NCBI GenBank assembly: GCA_963840855.1
Contig: CAWJBB010000024.1
Coordinates: 16,901 to 80,900 of the forward strand
Length of the DNA: 64,000 nucleotides
From: an uncultured delta proteobacterium
Lineage (GTDB): Bacteria; Desulfobacterota; Binatia; UBA9968
Direction of reading: 5' to 3'
The notes beneath the pieces are model-generated. The model made no database searches, had not been told where the DNA came from, and was given only the letters and a program-made list of their open reading frames with translations. Shown here piece by piece: positions 31,242-43,300 of this stretch. Every line of letters starts with the position of its first letter. The stretch's first letter is position 1. A program made the position numbers and the translations under genes.

Positions 31242-31904
31242 TCAGCTGTTGCTCAGGCTGCGCAATACCGGCTCCAATACCTTCCACACATTCGCGGCGA
31301 CGATTTCCTGGCCTTTGGCCGTGGGGTGAATGCCGTCGGGAAGATTCAACTCGCGCATGCCGCCGACGCCTTCTAGGACGAAGGGGATGAGCGCGGCCTT
31401 GTTTCGTTTGGCCAGGTCGCGAAAGGTGGCCTCGAATTTCGCGCCGTATTCGCGACCCATGTTGGGCGGTACCTTCATGCCGGCGAGGATTACTTTGGCA
31501 TGGGGGTATTTTTTTTTGGTCCGGTCAATAATGGCTTGAAGATTTTTGCCCATGGTTTCGACGGGCAAGCCACGCAGGCCATCGTTGCCGCCGAGTTCGA
31601 GCACCAATACATCAACGCGATTTTTTAGCAGCCAGTCCAGCCTTCCCAGTCCGCCGGCGCTGGTGTCGCCGCTCTGGCCAGCGTTAACGACTCTGAAGTT
31701 CCCGCCTTGGGCATCGATTTTTTTCTGCAGGAGAGCGGGGTACGATTGGTCGGGGTCGAGTCCGTAGCCCGCCGTAATACTATCCCCCAGGCATAAGATC
31801 ACGCCGGGCGCCGGCTGGGCCGCACCCGTAAGAAAGATTGCGCCGAGCAAAACGCCAGTTAATGACTTTTCCAGCCGGGTGAGTTGTCTAGTGATCATAA
31901 ACAT
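31242..31904 (-). CDS. tesA: Arylesterase / acyl-CoA thioesterase I (SGNH/GDSL)
   Basis: GDSITAGYG, NAGQSGDTS, ELGGNDGLRG, DGIHP; divergent from ybbA. Confidence 0.88.
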   Translation of the reverse strand: MFMITRQLTRLEKSLTGVLLGAIFLTGAAQPAPGVILCLGDSITAGYGLDPDQSYPALLQKKIDAQGGNFRVVNAGQSGDTSAGGLGRLDWLLKNRVDVLVLELGGNDGLRGLPVETMGKNLQAIIDRTKKKYPHAKVILAGMKVPPNMGREYGAKFEATFRDLAKRNKAALIPFVLEGVGGMRELNLPDGIHPTAKGQEIVAANVWKVLEPVLRSLSNS

Positions 31905-31985
31905 TCTACTCTTGAAGCATTCAATGATTCCTCAGTCTTGCCGATTTCCATCCCACTCGAGCGCTTGCCGCGTTCGCCATCGGCC

Positions 31986-32714
31986 ATGAACAAGAACATG
32001 ATCCTCAGCGTAGAGCATTTGACCAAGCTTTTTAAGAGCGGCGCGCAAACGCTTACAGTTCTCGACGATATTTCGTTCGCCGTTGAGGCCGGGAGCGCCT
32101 GCGCCATCGTCGGGCCCTCGGGGAGCGGCAAGACGACTCTGATCGCCATCTGCGCCGGTCTGGAGCGGCCCAACCAGGGAGCGGTGCACTTTGATGGCGT
32201 CGCCTTGGATCGCGCCAGCGAAGAGGAGCTCGCGCGCATCCGCAATCAGTCCGTCGGCTTTGTCTTTCAGAGCTTTCAGCTTTTGCCTTCGCTCACTGCG
32301 CTGGAAAACGTCATGGTCCCCGCGGAAATACGCGGCGAGAACCATGCGCGCAGCCGCGCCGCGGATTTACTCAAAAGGGTCGGCCTCGAAGGGCGTCTTG
32401 ACCATTATCCCATCCAACTTTCCGGCGGCGAGCAGCAGCGCGTCGCCGTTGCGCGCGCCTTCATGAACCGGCCGAAAATACTTTTCGCCGACGAGCCCAC
32501 GGGCAATCTCGACGCCGAAACCGCGCGCGCCATCGTGGCTTTGATCTACGAGCTCAACGCGACTATGGGAACGACGTTGATGCTCGTGACTCATGACCAC
32601 GACTTGACCCAACAGGCCGGGCGCGTCATTGCGCTCAAAGGCGGCCGAGTCGTCAGCGATGGCTCCCCCTCTGAGGACGCGCTGGACAGCAAGATCGAAG
32701 GCCGCGATGTTTAA
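31986..32714 (+). CDS. ybbA: ABC transporter ATP-binding protein (YbbA/LolD-like)
   Basis: [25 protein letters not shown]; tesA-ybbA-ybbP synteny. Confidence 0.88.
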   Translation: MNKNMILSVEHLTKLFKSGAQTLTVLDDISFAVEAGSACAIVGPSGSGKTTLIAICAGLERPNQGAVHFDGVALDRASEEELARIRNQSVGFVFQSFQLLPSLTALENVMVPAEIRGENHARSRAADLLKRVGLEGRLDHYPIQLSGGEQQRVAVARAFMNRPKILFADEPTGNLDAETARAIVALIYELNATMGTTLMLVTHDHDLTQQAGRVIALKGGRVVSDGSPSEDALDSKIEGRDV

Positions 32715-35235
32715 GCGTTGGATATGGCGCATGGCTTGGCGCGACGCGCGGCGCGACCTAAAGCCTCTTCTTTTGGCCACGCTCTGCGTTGTCCTGGGTG
32801 TCGGCTCCGTCGTCACCGCTTATTCGTTCCGCGATAATCTCCATTCGAGCATCCGCACCCAATCGAAGAGCCTGCTCGGCGCCGACCTGTCCATTGAAAG
32901 CCGGGAGGCTTTTTCGCCCGACGACGAAGCGCTGATCGCTTCCATCGGCGGCGAGCAATCGCGCCAGATCAGTTTTTCATCCATGGTTTACGTTCCCGCG
33001 ACGGGCGCGTCGCGCCTTGTTCAAGTGCGCGGCCTCAGCGGCGGGTTTCCTTACTACGGAGCTTTGGAAACAGAGCCGGCGAACGCGGCGCGCGATTTTC
33101 ACCGTGGCGCTAACGCGCTGGTGGATGAAAACGTGATGCTCCAGTTGGGCGCGCGGGTGGGCGATATTTTGAAGATCGGCGAACGGGAGTTTCGCATCGC
33201 GGCAAAGCTGCGCAAGATTCCCGGCGAGACCCTGGCCTTTTCGTTGATCAGCCCGCGGGTGTACGTTCCGCTGGATTATCTGAACCAGACACAGCTCCTG
33301 CAAAAGGGCAGCCTGGTGCGTTATCGGACGTTCTTTAAGTTGGCCCCATCGGTAGACGCGGACAATCTTGTCGAAAACATCTCGGCGCGGTTGCGAAGCC
33401 TGCGCCTGGAAGCCGACACGGTGAGCCGGCGCACGGCCGGCATCGCGGCCTCCATGGAAAATCTCTCGCGTTATCTCCGCCTGGCGGTTTTCATCGCTGT
33501 GTTGCTCTCGGGCGTCGGCATCGCCAGCGGGGTGCATGTGTTCGCCAATGGGAAGATCGCCGCGGTGGCGGTGCTACGCTGCATCGGCGCCCAGCCCCGC
33601 GAAACCGTCATGGTTTACTTGCTGCAAACCTTCTTGCTCGCGTTTGCCGGCGCTGTCGCCGGCGCCCTCGCGGGTTCCGCATTGCAGTTGCTATTGCCGC
33701 TGGCGCTCAAGGATTTCCTGCCGGTCAACACGGTCATCACCGTAGCGCCCGCTGGCATTGGCGCCGGCATGGCCGTCGGTCTCGGCACGGCGCTGCTTTT
33801 TTCTCTGATCCCGCTCCTGCCGCTGAGAAATATCTCGCCGCTGCTGGCGCTGCGCGCGTCCTATGAGACTGCGCCGCGGCGCCGTGACCCGCTCAGCTGG
33901 GTGATGGTTAGCGTTATCGTCGCTGGCGTCATTGGTTTCGCCGTGAGCACCACGGCGAGCTGGACCTTCGGTCTGTGGTTTACCGCGGCGGTGGCGATCG
34001 CCTTCGGGCTGCTCGCGGCCGTCGCCAAGGGCCTCACGGCATTGCTGAAAACACTTTTGATCGGATTTTTGCCTTTCCCATGGCGCCAGGGCCTCGCCAA
34101 CCTGCACCGCCCGAACAATCAGACCACCGCCGTCATGCTCGCCGTCGGCCTGGCGACCTTTCTACTGCTCACTCTCTATAACGTACGCCACCAACTGGTC
34201 CGGCAGGCGGCGGAAAGGGGCGGCGACGGCGAACCGAATCTGGTCCTTTTCGACGTGCAACGGGAGCAAAGGCAAGAGCTGGCACAGCTGCTAGCCTCAC
34301 TAAACATTGACCTGCGCGATCAAGTGCCGGTGGTGACGATGCGTCTTGCCGCCGTCAAGGGCAGGAGGATCGAAGAGCTGCGCGCCGACGGCGCGGCGCG
34401 CGTTCCCGATTGGGCGCTGCGCCGGGAGTACCGTTCGACTTACCGCGGCGATTTAGCCGGCACGGAGAAAGTTGTCAAAGGAACCTGGCACCGGAGCTTC
34501 AACGGCGACGCGCAGCCGATTCCCGTTTCCGTTGAAAAAGGCATCGCCGAGTCGTTGCGCGTGGATATCGGGGATTCTCTGGAATTTGAAATTCAGGGCG
34601 TGCCGTTGCGGACGCGGGTGGCCAACTTGCGTGAAGTTGACTGGCAGCGCGTGCGGCCCAACTTTTTCGTGGTGTTTCCCGAAGGCGTTTTGGAAACGGC
34701 GCCGCAGTTTTATGTGATGGCGGCGCGCGCCGGCAGCGCTGCGGCCGCGGCCAAGCTTCAGCGCGAAGTCGTCGAGCATTTCGGCAATATTTCCGTGATC
34801 GATTTGACCCTGATTCTAAACACCGTCAACGCGATTCTCGGCCGAATTTCTTATGCCGTTCGATTCGTCGCGCTGTTTACGATCTTGACGGGTTTCGCCG
34901 TGCTCGCCGGGGCGATTCTGTTGAGCCGCGGGCAGCGCATCAAAGAAAGTATCCTGCTTCGAATCCTCGGCGCACCGCGCTCGCAAATCGTCACCGGCGT
35001 GATTGCCGAGTATATTATTGCCGGGGCGGTGGCTGCCGCCACCGGGACGTTAGTTGCGCTCGCCGCGAGTTGGGGTCTGAGCCTTTATTTTTTTAGAACC
35101 GTGGCACACGTGTCCGGCATCTCGTTGACCGTGATTCCGCTGCTGGTGACGTTGGTCACGGTGAGCGCTGGCGTTCTAGGTTGTTGGGGAATTTTTCGGC
35201 GCTCGGCGCTCGACACCCTGCGCGCGGAAGCATAG
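32707..35235 (+). CDS. ybbP: FtsX-like ABC permease (YbbP-like)
   Basis: MAWRDARR, LLGADL, FPYYG, PNFFVVF, two permease halves. Confidence 0.88.
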   Translation: MFKRWIWRMAWRDARRDLKPLLLATLCVVLGVGSVVTAYSFRDNLHSSIRTQSKSLLGADLSIESREAFSPDDEALIASIGGEQSRQISFSSMVYVPATGASRLVQVRGLSGGFPYYGALETEPANAARDFHRGANALVDENVMLQLGARVGDILKIGEREFRIAAKLRKIPGETLAFSLISPRVYVPLDYLNQTQLLQKGSLVRYRTFFKLAPSVDADNLVENISARLRSLRLEADTVSRRTAGIAASMENLSRYLRLAVFIAVLLSGVGIASGVHVFANGKIAAVAVLRCIGAQPRETVMVYLLQTFLLAFAGAVAGALAGSALQLLLPLALKDFLPVNTVITVAPAGIGAGMAVGLGTALLFSLIPLLPLRNISPLLALRASYETAPRRRDPLSWVMVSVIVAGVIGFAVSTTASWTFGLWFTAAVAIAFGLLAAVAKGLTALLKTLLIGFLPFPWRQGLANLHRPNNQTTAVMLAVGLATFLLLTLYNVRHQLVRQAAERGGDGEPNLVLFDVQREQRQELAQLLASLNIDLRDQVPVVTMRLAAVKGRRIEELRADGAARVPDWALRREYRSTYRGDLAGTEKVVKGTWHRSFNGDAQPIPVSVEKGIAESLRVDIGDSLEFEIQGVPLRTRVANLREVDWQRVRPNFFVVFPEGVLETAPQFYVMAARAGSAAAAAKLQREVVEHFGNISVIDLTLILNTVNAILGRISYAVRFVALFTILTGFAVLAGAILLSRGQRIKESILLRILGAPRSQIVTGVIAEYIIAGAVAAATGTLVALAASWGLSLYFFRTVAHVSGISLTVIPLLVTLVTVSAGVLGCWGIFRRSALDTLRAEA

Positions 35236-35494
35236 CAGGCTGCTGTATTCTCGAGTCTCGGGTCTCGGGTTAGCACCCGACTCCAAACCTGAACACTGAA
35301 ACCCGAAACCTGAATACTCATGGCCCGCCCATTGGCTCTGTCAGCGGCCGCGACCAGGACTGAATCCTCTCACGTAACAAGCCTCTGATGAGATTGCCAA
35401 TCGTTGAGTTGCGGCGACGCTGACGGTACGATTGAGCCAGCGCTTCGAGCATGTAAATCAGCGCGCCATTTCTAGCGGAGCGAGGAAAAAACCC

Positions 35495-38042
35495 ATGGCG
35501 GACCAAAGATCCCATCGATTGCCTACAACCGTAACGCCGGAACGCTATCAAATCCGGCTGACCCCCGATTTGACGACCTGGACGTTTACCGGTGAAGAAA
35601 GCGTCTCGGTAAAAATTCACGAACCGGTGCGCGAGGTCGTTCTCAATGCCGCCGAGCTGCGAGTTTGATGCCGTGACGGCGACAGCAGCAAACGGCAAAA
35701 CCATCGGCGGCACTGTGACGTTGGACGCCGAGAACGAACGAGCGGTTGTCACTTTTTCCGAGCCACTGGCGGCCGGAAACTCAAAGCTGGAGATAAAATT
35801 TTCCGGCATCTTGAATGACAAGCTGCACGGCTTTTACCGGAGCACCTATAAAGACGCCGATGGCAACAACAAGCCGCTGGCGTCGACCCAGTTCGAATCC
35901 ACCGACGCGCGGCGCGCCTTCCCCTGTTGGGACGAGCCGGCGTTCAAGGCGGTCTTCCAGGTCGCGCTGGTAGTTGATCAAGGGTTGACGGCAATTTCCA
36001 ACGCGCGGGTCGTGCGCGAGATTCCGCTGCCGGGGACCGGCAAGAAGGAAGTTGTCTTCGCCGACACCATCAAGATGTCGACCTATCTGGTCGCCTTCAT
36101 CGTCGGCGAGTTCGAGGCGACGGAGCCTGTGATGGTTGGCGATGCGCCGCTGCGGGTGATCGCTGTGCCCGGCAAGAAACAACTCGCCGGCTTCGCGCTG
36201 GAAATCGGCAAAGCGTCGCTGGAACATTTCAGCCGTTACTACGGCATTCCCTATCCCGGCGACAAATTGGATTTGATCGCCATACCGGACTTTGCCTCCG
36301 GTGCCATGGAAAATCTCGGCGCCATCACCTTTCGCGAAACCGCCCTCTTGGTTGATTCGGCGAAAGCCACCCGAGCCGAGCTCGAACGGGTTGCCGACGT
36401 GGTGTCCCACGAAAATGCTCATATGTGGTTCGGCGATCTGGTGACGATGAAATGGTGGAACGGCCTCTGGTTGAACGAAGCGTTCGCGACTTTCATGGAG
36501 ATGCTCGCAGTGGATGCCTGGAGGCCGGAGTGGCGCCGCTGGGATAGTTTCACGATTTCGCGGGCGGCGGCGATGCAGGTAGACGGTCTGAAAAGCACGC
36601 GGCCCATCGAGTTTCCTGTGGAAAAGCCCGAGGAAGCGGCGGGTATGTTCGACGTGCTCACCTACGAGAAGGGCGCGTCGGTGCTGCGCATGCTGGAGCA
36701 ATATCTCGGCGCGGAAGCGTTTCGCGACGGCATTCGTTTGTATTTAAGACGCCACGAGTTTGCCAATGCCGAAACGACGGACCTCTGGGATGCGCTGGAA
36801 GATTCCACGAAGCAGCCGGTGCGGGCTCTGATGGACAGCTGGATTTTTCAGCCCGGTTATCCGCTGATCAGCGTCGAGCTGGACGGGCGCAATCTTGTCA
36901 TTGCGCAACAGCTCTTTCGCTATTTGCAGGACGGCGATATCCCGGACCGCAAATATCACGTGCCGGTGTTCGTGCGCGCGGGCACGAAAGGCGCCGTCGT
37001 CCAAAAGACGTTGCTTCTCACCGACCGTGAGCTGCGTCTCGCGTTCTCGGACGATATCGAGTGGGCCGTCGTTAACGCCGGCGGGCATGGCTTTTACCGC
37101 GTGCGCTACGGTCGCGATCTGCTTGGAGCACTCAAACAAGGACTGCAAGTAAATCTCTCGGCGGTGGAGCGCTTCGGACTGGTGAATGACAGTTGGGCGG
37201 CAACCCTCGCAGGCCTGACGCCGTTGCCGGAGTATCTGGATCTCGTCGATTTACTGCGCGACGAAAGCGACATCAACGTCTGGACTACGCTGATCGGTTC
37301 GTTTTACCACTTGCGCCGCATTCTCGATGAACCGCAATGTGTCGTTCTTGAAGCGCGGCTGCGCGCCGTGCTGCGCCCGGCGCTGGCGCGGGTGGGCTGG
37401 ACGCCGAAGGAAGGGGAGCCGGCACTGGTCAGCCAACTCCGCGGTGACCTGATCGGCGCCCTCGGCACCGCGGCGCAAGATAAAGCCTGCCAGGAGCGGG
37501 CGCGCGAGTTGTACGCCCGGTATGAAATAGATGCCGATGCCGTGGAACGCAACCTGGTTCCGGCCTTGGTGTCGATCGTCGCCCACACCGGCAACGCAGC
37601 CGATTACGAAAAGTTTTACAATAAATATAAAAGCGCGAAAACCCCACAGGAAGAGACGCGCTATCTGTTCGCGCTGGGCGCCTTTCGCCCGCCGGAGTTG
37701 GTCGACCGGACTCTAACGATGACAGTCAGCGGCGAAGTGCGCACGCAGAACTCACCTTACTTGCTGCGCGGCATTCTCTTTAACAAGGACGCTCGCGAGA
37801 AAGCCTGGGCGTTCATGAAAGCGCATTGGGAAGAAATGTTGCGCCTGTACCCTGACAACTCCATCCCGCGCATGTGCGAAGGCATAATCGGACTGGTCTC
37901 ACCGGAGCTTGAAGCCGACGTGAAGCAATTTTTTGCCCGCCATCCGGTAAAGCAGGGAGCCAAGCAGATTGAACAGCACCTCGAACGGCTTCGCATCGCG
38001 GTCGCGTCTCAAGCGCGCTGGAAGGGGCTGCTGCGGTCTTAA
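35495..38042 (+). CDS. M1 family aminopeptidase (puromycin-sensitive/ERAP-like); frameshift near 35660
   Basis: RLPTTVTPERY, TQFESTDARRAFPCWDEP, GAMEN, HENAHMWFG...WLNE. Confidence 0.92.
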
Positions 38043-38232
38043 CTGGTTCAAAGTTCAAACGTTCAAGGTTCAAAGTCAGGGATTGCGCTCGTGCGGTTCA
38101 TAAACGGGCGAAATATGTTGAACGCTTGAACTTTGAACGGGCTGCGACAAGCAGCGGTTTTCCCGTTCAACCCGCCGTCTCCCGCCTGCGGCGCAAATTT
38201 TTTGCCGACGCTGCGCCCGGTTTGATGCCGAA

Positions 38233-38248
38233 GTAAGTAAATGCTAAC
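38233..38248. promoter_or_regulatory. Putative TetR operator 1
   Basis: GTAAGTAAATGCTAAC, 14/16 match to the palindrome at 38960, just upstream of the tetR start. Confidence 0.65.
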
Positions 38249-38256
38249 TTGTTTGC

Positions 38257-38946
38257 ATGAAGAAGACAGTGCGGCTATCGGCACAAGAGCGGCGCCGGGA
38301 TATCGTCGACGCTGTTCGCGATGTTTTCGCCGACAAGGGCTTTGACGGCACGACAACCCGAGATCTGGCGAAATCGGCCGGGGTTTCGGAGGCGCTGCTC
38401 TACCGATATTTTCCTAGCAAAGAATCCCTTTACGCGGCGATGTTGGATGCCTGCGCCAAGGGCCCAAGCTTCGCTGAGTACAAACGCATTCTCGCCCTCG
38501 AACCCTCGGCGTCAACGCTCGTTATAATGGTGCACTTCGTCATTTCCGGCTACGTTCAGGGGCGGCAGGGCGATGCCCATCGCACGGCCTTCAATGCTTT
38601 GCTCGTCCGCAGCCTGCTCGACGACGGCGAGTTCGTGCGGCTGACCCATAGGAAATATGCATCGGTCTGGATCCAGAAATTCCAAGCCTGCTTGAACGAA
38701 GCGGCACGCGCCGGCGACATGAAGTTTTTGCCTTTGCGCCCGCATCTGTGCGTCTGGTTCGTGCAACACGTCGGTTTTTCGCTGATGCTTCATTTGCGTC
38801 CTAAAGTTCCGGCGATCAATTACAAGGTCTCGAAGGAAGAACTCGTTGAGCAGGCAACCTGGTTTGCGCTGCGCGGGCTTGGCCTGAAGGAAACGGCGAT
38901 TCAGAGCTTTTATAATCCCAAAGCGTTATCATTGCTGGCAAGTTGA
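38257..38946 (+). CDS. TetR/AcrR family transcriptional regulator
   Basis: FADKGFDGTTTRDLAKSAGVSEALLYRYFPSKESL HTH. Confidence 0.93.
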   Translation: MKKTVRLSAQERRRDIVDAVRDVFADKGFDGTTTRDLAKSAGVSEALLYRYFPSKESLYAAMLDACAKGPSFAEYKRILALEPSASTLVIMVHFVISGYVQGRQGDAHRTAFNALLVRSLLDDGEFVRLTHRKYASVWIQKFQACLNEAARAGDMKFLPLRPHLCVWFVQHVGFSLMLHLRPKVPAINYKVSKEELVEQATWFALRGLGLKETAIQSFYNPKALSLLAS

Positions 38947-38959
38947 CCGTTTGGAGTAT

Positions 38960-38975
38960 GTAAGTAAATACTTAC
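38960..38975. promoter_or_regulatory. Putative TetR operator 2
   Basis: Perfect palindrome GTAAGTA-AA-TACTTAC between tetR and the efflux genes. Confidence 0.7.
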
Positions 38976-39078
38976 TCGATAATAAGCTGAGGGTTCTGCG
39001 CACGCGGCTCAAGGGTGAACGATAGGAACGCTCACGCACTAAGAACGCAACGTTAGGACGTGGAGCAGCTGACGGCTG

Positions 39079-40368
39079 ATGAATTGTTTTTTCCAAAAAT
39101 TTTTTTTGCGCTTTGCTCGGTCACGATGCGCGTTGACGTCTAATGTCGAGTCAAATGCAGGACATTGGCGGGACCGGCGAGAGCGATTTCCCGGGTGGCA
39201 GCGTTGCTGCAAAAATTCGGGCGCAGGGGTGCGGAGCGTTTATCTTGGCCTCGGCGCGGTTTTGATTCTCGGAGCGGCCACCGGCGGATGCGATAAAAAA
39301 GCACCCGTGCCGTTGGAACGGCCGCCGGCACCGGTCACCGTCGCTGCGGCGACGACCGAAGACGTGCCGTTTTACATCGATGCGGTGGGACACATCGTCG
39401 CTCGCGAAGTCGTTTCCGTACAGCCTCAGGTCTCGGGGCGGATTGTCAAAATTCAATTCGCCGACGGCGCTGATGTCAAAGCCGGCGAAGTGCTGTTTGC
39501 CATCGACGCCCGCCCTTTTCAAGCCCAGCTGAACCAAGCGGAGGCGAATCTCGCAGAGGCCCAGGCGGCGCTGAATCTCGCCAAAACCAATTTCGCGCGC
39601 GTGGAAAGCATCACCGATCCGCGCGCCGTCTCCAGGCAGGATTACGACACCAAGAAAAATGCCGTCGATATCGCCGAGGCCCAGGTCAGGCAGAACCGCG
39701 CCGCGGTGGAACGCGCCCGACTCGATCTCGAATATTGCACGATTCGCGCGCCCATCGATGGCCGGGCGGGGCAGCGTCTAGTGGATGTCGGCAACATCGT
39801 TAGCGCTAACAACCGTGCCCTCTTGGTAATCCAGCGCCTGGACCCGATCTACGTCGATTTCACGGTGACCGAGCATGATTTGAGCGCCGTCCAGCGCAAC
39901 ATGGCGCGGCGAACTCTGCGGGTTGAAGTAAACTTGCCGGATGAAGCCGGCGAGCCGCGCCGAGGAAACCTAACTTTTCTCGACAACGCGGTGCAAGAGG
40001 GCAGCGGCACGGTGAAACTGCGGGCGACCATCCCCAATGCCGACCGTCGCTTCTGGCCCGGGCGCTTCGTCAAAGTGCGGTTGGTGTTGGACTCCCGGCC
40101 ACAAGCCGTGCTCGTCCCGGCGAGCGCCCCGCAAATGTCGGCTACGGGGTCGTTCGTCTACGTGGTCAAGCAAGACTCCACAGCGGAATTGCGGCAGGTC
40201 AAGCTTGGCCAGCGGCAAGGTGATTTCGTAGTCGTCGATGAAGGTCTGAAGTCCGGCGAGCGCGTCGTGGTGCGGGGCCAGCTCGGCGTGACCCCTGGCG
40301 GTAAGGTTCGTATCCCTTCATCCGGCGACGGCTCACCAGGGGCGAAACAGCCAGAGGGCCGATCATGA
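39079..40368 (+). CDS. RND efflux periplasmic adaptor (MdtA/AcrA-like); start uncertain
   Basis: PQVSGRI, IDARPF, IRAPIDGRAG, DPIYVDF, WPGRFV. Confidence 0.9.
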   Translation: MNCFFQKFFLRFARSRCALTSNVESNAGHWRDRRERFPGWQRCCKNSGAGVRSVYLGLGAVLILGAATGGCDKKAPVPLERPPAPVTVAAATTEDVPFYIDAVGHIVAREVVSVQPQVSGRIVKIQFADGADVKAGEVLFAIDARPFQAQLNQAEANLAEAQAALNLAKTNFARVESITDPRAVSRQDYDTKKNAVDIAEAQVRQNRAAVERARLDLEYCTIRAPIDGRAGQRLVDVGNIVSANNRALLVIQRLDPIYVDFTVTEHDLSAVQRNMARRTLRVEVNLPDEAGEPRRGNLTFLDNAVQEGSGTVKLRATIPNADRRFWPGRFVKVRLVLDSRPQAVLVPASAPQMSATGSFVYVVKQDSTAELRQVKLGQRQGDFVVVDEGLKSGERVVVRGQLGVTPGGKVRIPSSGDGSPGAKQPEGRS

Positions 40369-43300
40369 ACTTTTCCGAGGCGTTCATTCGCAGACCGGTG
40401 ATGACGACGGTGCTCACCGTGTCGGTGATTCTCTTCGGCTTGATGAGTTATTTTCGCCTCCCCGTCAATGACTTGCCAACGGTGGATTATCCGGTCATTC
40501 AGGTGCAGGCGAGCTATCCGGGGGCAAGTCCCGACACGGTCGCCAACGCCATCGCAACGCCGCTCGAACGCCAGTTCATGCAAATCAATGGATTGGAGCT
40601 GGTGATCTCCAAGAGCACGCAAGGCCACACCAGTCTCACGCTGCAGTTTGCGCTCGATAAAAGCATCGATGCCGCCGCCACCGACGTCCAGACCGCCATC
40701 TCCCAAGCGACGGGCAGTCTTCCGGCAGATCTGCCGTCGCCGCCGAGTTATTCCAAGACCAATCCCAACGACCAGCCGATTATGTACATCGCTTTGACCA
40801 GTGATTCTGTGACACCGGGCCAGCTTTACGATTACGCCAGCACGCAGGTCGGCCAGCGCATCGCCCTCGTGCCCGGGGTTAGCCGGGTCGGCGTCTTCGG
40901 CGCTAAGTCGGCGGTGCGCATCAAAGCCGATCCCTCGAAGATGTGGGCGCGCGGTATTTCCGTCGAAGATCTCTCCACCGCTATTAAAAACGGCACGAGC
41001 ACGGTGGGGGCGGGGCAGTTGGACGGTAAGGCGGGCACGGTATTGCTCAAGCCCGATGGCCAGCTGGAGACCGCCGAAGGCTACCGGGACCTGATCGTCA
41101 GCACCAAGAACGGCGCCCCGGTATACCTGCGCGACGTCGCCGAAGTGGAAAATTCCATTCAAGACGAGCGCATCAAAATGCGCTTCTGGGTGCGGGGATA
41201 TCCCGAGCCGGGCGCCACAGTGGTGGTTGCCGTTAACCGCCAAGCCGGCGCCAATGCCGTCGAAGTGGCGCGCAACGTGCGCGACCTGCTGCCCTTGGTC
41301 AGCACGGAGCTGCCGGGTTCGGTGCGCGTCACGCCGATCTATGACCGCTCGCAAACCATTTTGCATTCCATCTTGGACGTGCAATTGACCCTGGTGATCG
41401 CCTTTACCCTGGTCGTCATCGTGATCTTCGCGTTCCTCGGTAGGGCCTCGGATACCTTGATCCCGGCGGCGGCATTGCCGCTTTCCTTGCTCATCACCTT
41501 CGTCGCCATGGACCTCCTGGATTATAGCCTCGACAATTTGTCTTTGATGGCGATTACACTGGCTATCGGTTTTCTCGTGGACGACGCCATCGTTTTTCTC
41601 GAGAACACCGTGCGCCGCATGGAGCATGGCGAAGGCGCCCTCGACGCGACCATCAACAGCGCCAAGGAAATTAGTTTCACGATCGTTTCGATGACGGTTT
41701 CCCTGGCCGCGGTTTTTATCCCTCTGGTTTTCATGTCGGGGCTGGTGGGACGGATCTTTCGCGAGTTCGCGGTGACCATCGTGATCGCCATCCTTGCCTC
41801 AGGGTTGGTGTCGTTGACCCTGACGCCGTTGATGTGCGCGCGGCTGCTCAAGGAGCGCGGCCAGGGAGCCAGGAAAACCTGGGTGGAGCGGGTCATCGGC
41901 GGCATCGAGCGGCGCGTGCTCGGAGTCTATAGCAAGTCGCTGTGGTGGTTTCTCCGCTTTCGCTGGGTGTCCGCGCTGATTTGGCTTATCTGCCTGGCCG
42001 GCACTATCGGCCTGTTCATGATCGTACCGAAGGCGTTTTTACCCGCCGGCGACAGCAGTTTTATCTGGGGCGTGATGATCGGTCGCGAGGGGTCATCGCC
42101 CGAGCAAATGCACGCTCTACGGGATCAGGCGGATGCGGTGCTGCGGCAAGATCCGAGCGTCGCGGCGACGTTTACGATGACGGGCAACTCTCAATTCCTT
42201 TCGTCGAATCAGGGATTGTTGCTGGCCTTTCTCAAACCACCTGAAGATCGGACGCCGATCGAGGAAACCGCGGGTCGCATGATGGGAAACCTTGCCGGCA
42301 TTCCAGGTGTAATGCCGTTCATGCGCGCTCGCCCCGTGCTCGAGATCAGCACCGGCGCTACCAGCCAGAACCAGGGACAATTTGCGTTCTCCTTGTCCGG
42401 CGTCAATCCGGCGCAAACCTATGACACCGCCGCAAGGCTCATGGCGAGACTCAGCGCGTATCCCGGCTTCGCGACGCTATCGTCGGATTTTTTCAACAAT
42501 ACGCCGAACCTCGACATCGAGATCCGCCGTGAGCAGGCCCGCTTCTACGGTGTCTCCGAGGCGCGGATTCTCAGCCTGCTGCGCAGCGCCTATTCGCAGA
42601 ACTATCTCTATCTGATCAAGAAGCCCGAGGATCAGTATCAAGTGATTCTCGAGGCCAAGGATTCGGCTCGCTCCGAGCCCCAGGATCTTTCGCTTCTTTA
42701 CATAAGATCGGACGACGGCAAACAGCTGGTACCGTTGAACGCGCTGGTCACGTGGCGCAAATCTCTCGGCCCTCAAGCAGTCAACCACATGAACCAGTTT
42801 AGCAGCGTTACGCTATTCTTTAATCTCAAGCCCGGTGTCGCCATCGGCGAGGCCACCGACTTCATCAATCAAGCGGCGGCGGAGGTGGTGCCGCCCTCGA
42901 TGCGCGCGAGCCTGCAGGGCGAGGCGCTGACCTTTCAGAATACCGTGCGGGATCTCACGCTGCTCATGGCGTTGGCGGTGTTCGTCATGTACGTGATCCT
43001 GGCGATTCTCTACGAAAGCTATCTGCACCCGTTGACCGTGCTCTCGACCTTGCCCACGGCGCTGGTGGGCGGGCTCTTGACGCTTTTTTTGTTCGGCGAG
43101 CAGGCCTCGCTCTATGCCTTTGTCGGCATGTTCATGCTGATGGGCATCGTGAAAAAAAATGGCATCATGATCGTCGACTTCGCGCGGCACCGCGTAGCCG
43201 CTGGCGAGTCGGCGGAAAAAGCGATCCACGACGCTAGCATGGACCGCTTCCGGCCGATTCTCATGACCACTCTCGCCGCCGTCTTCGGCGCCCTGCCCAT

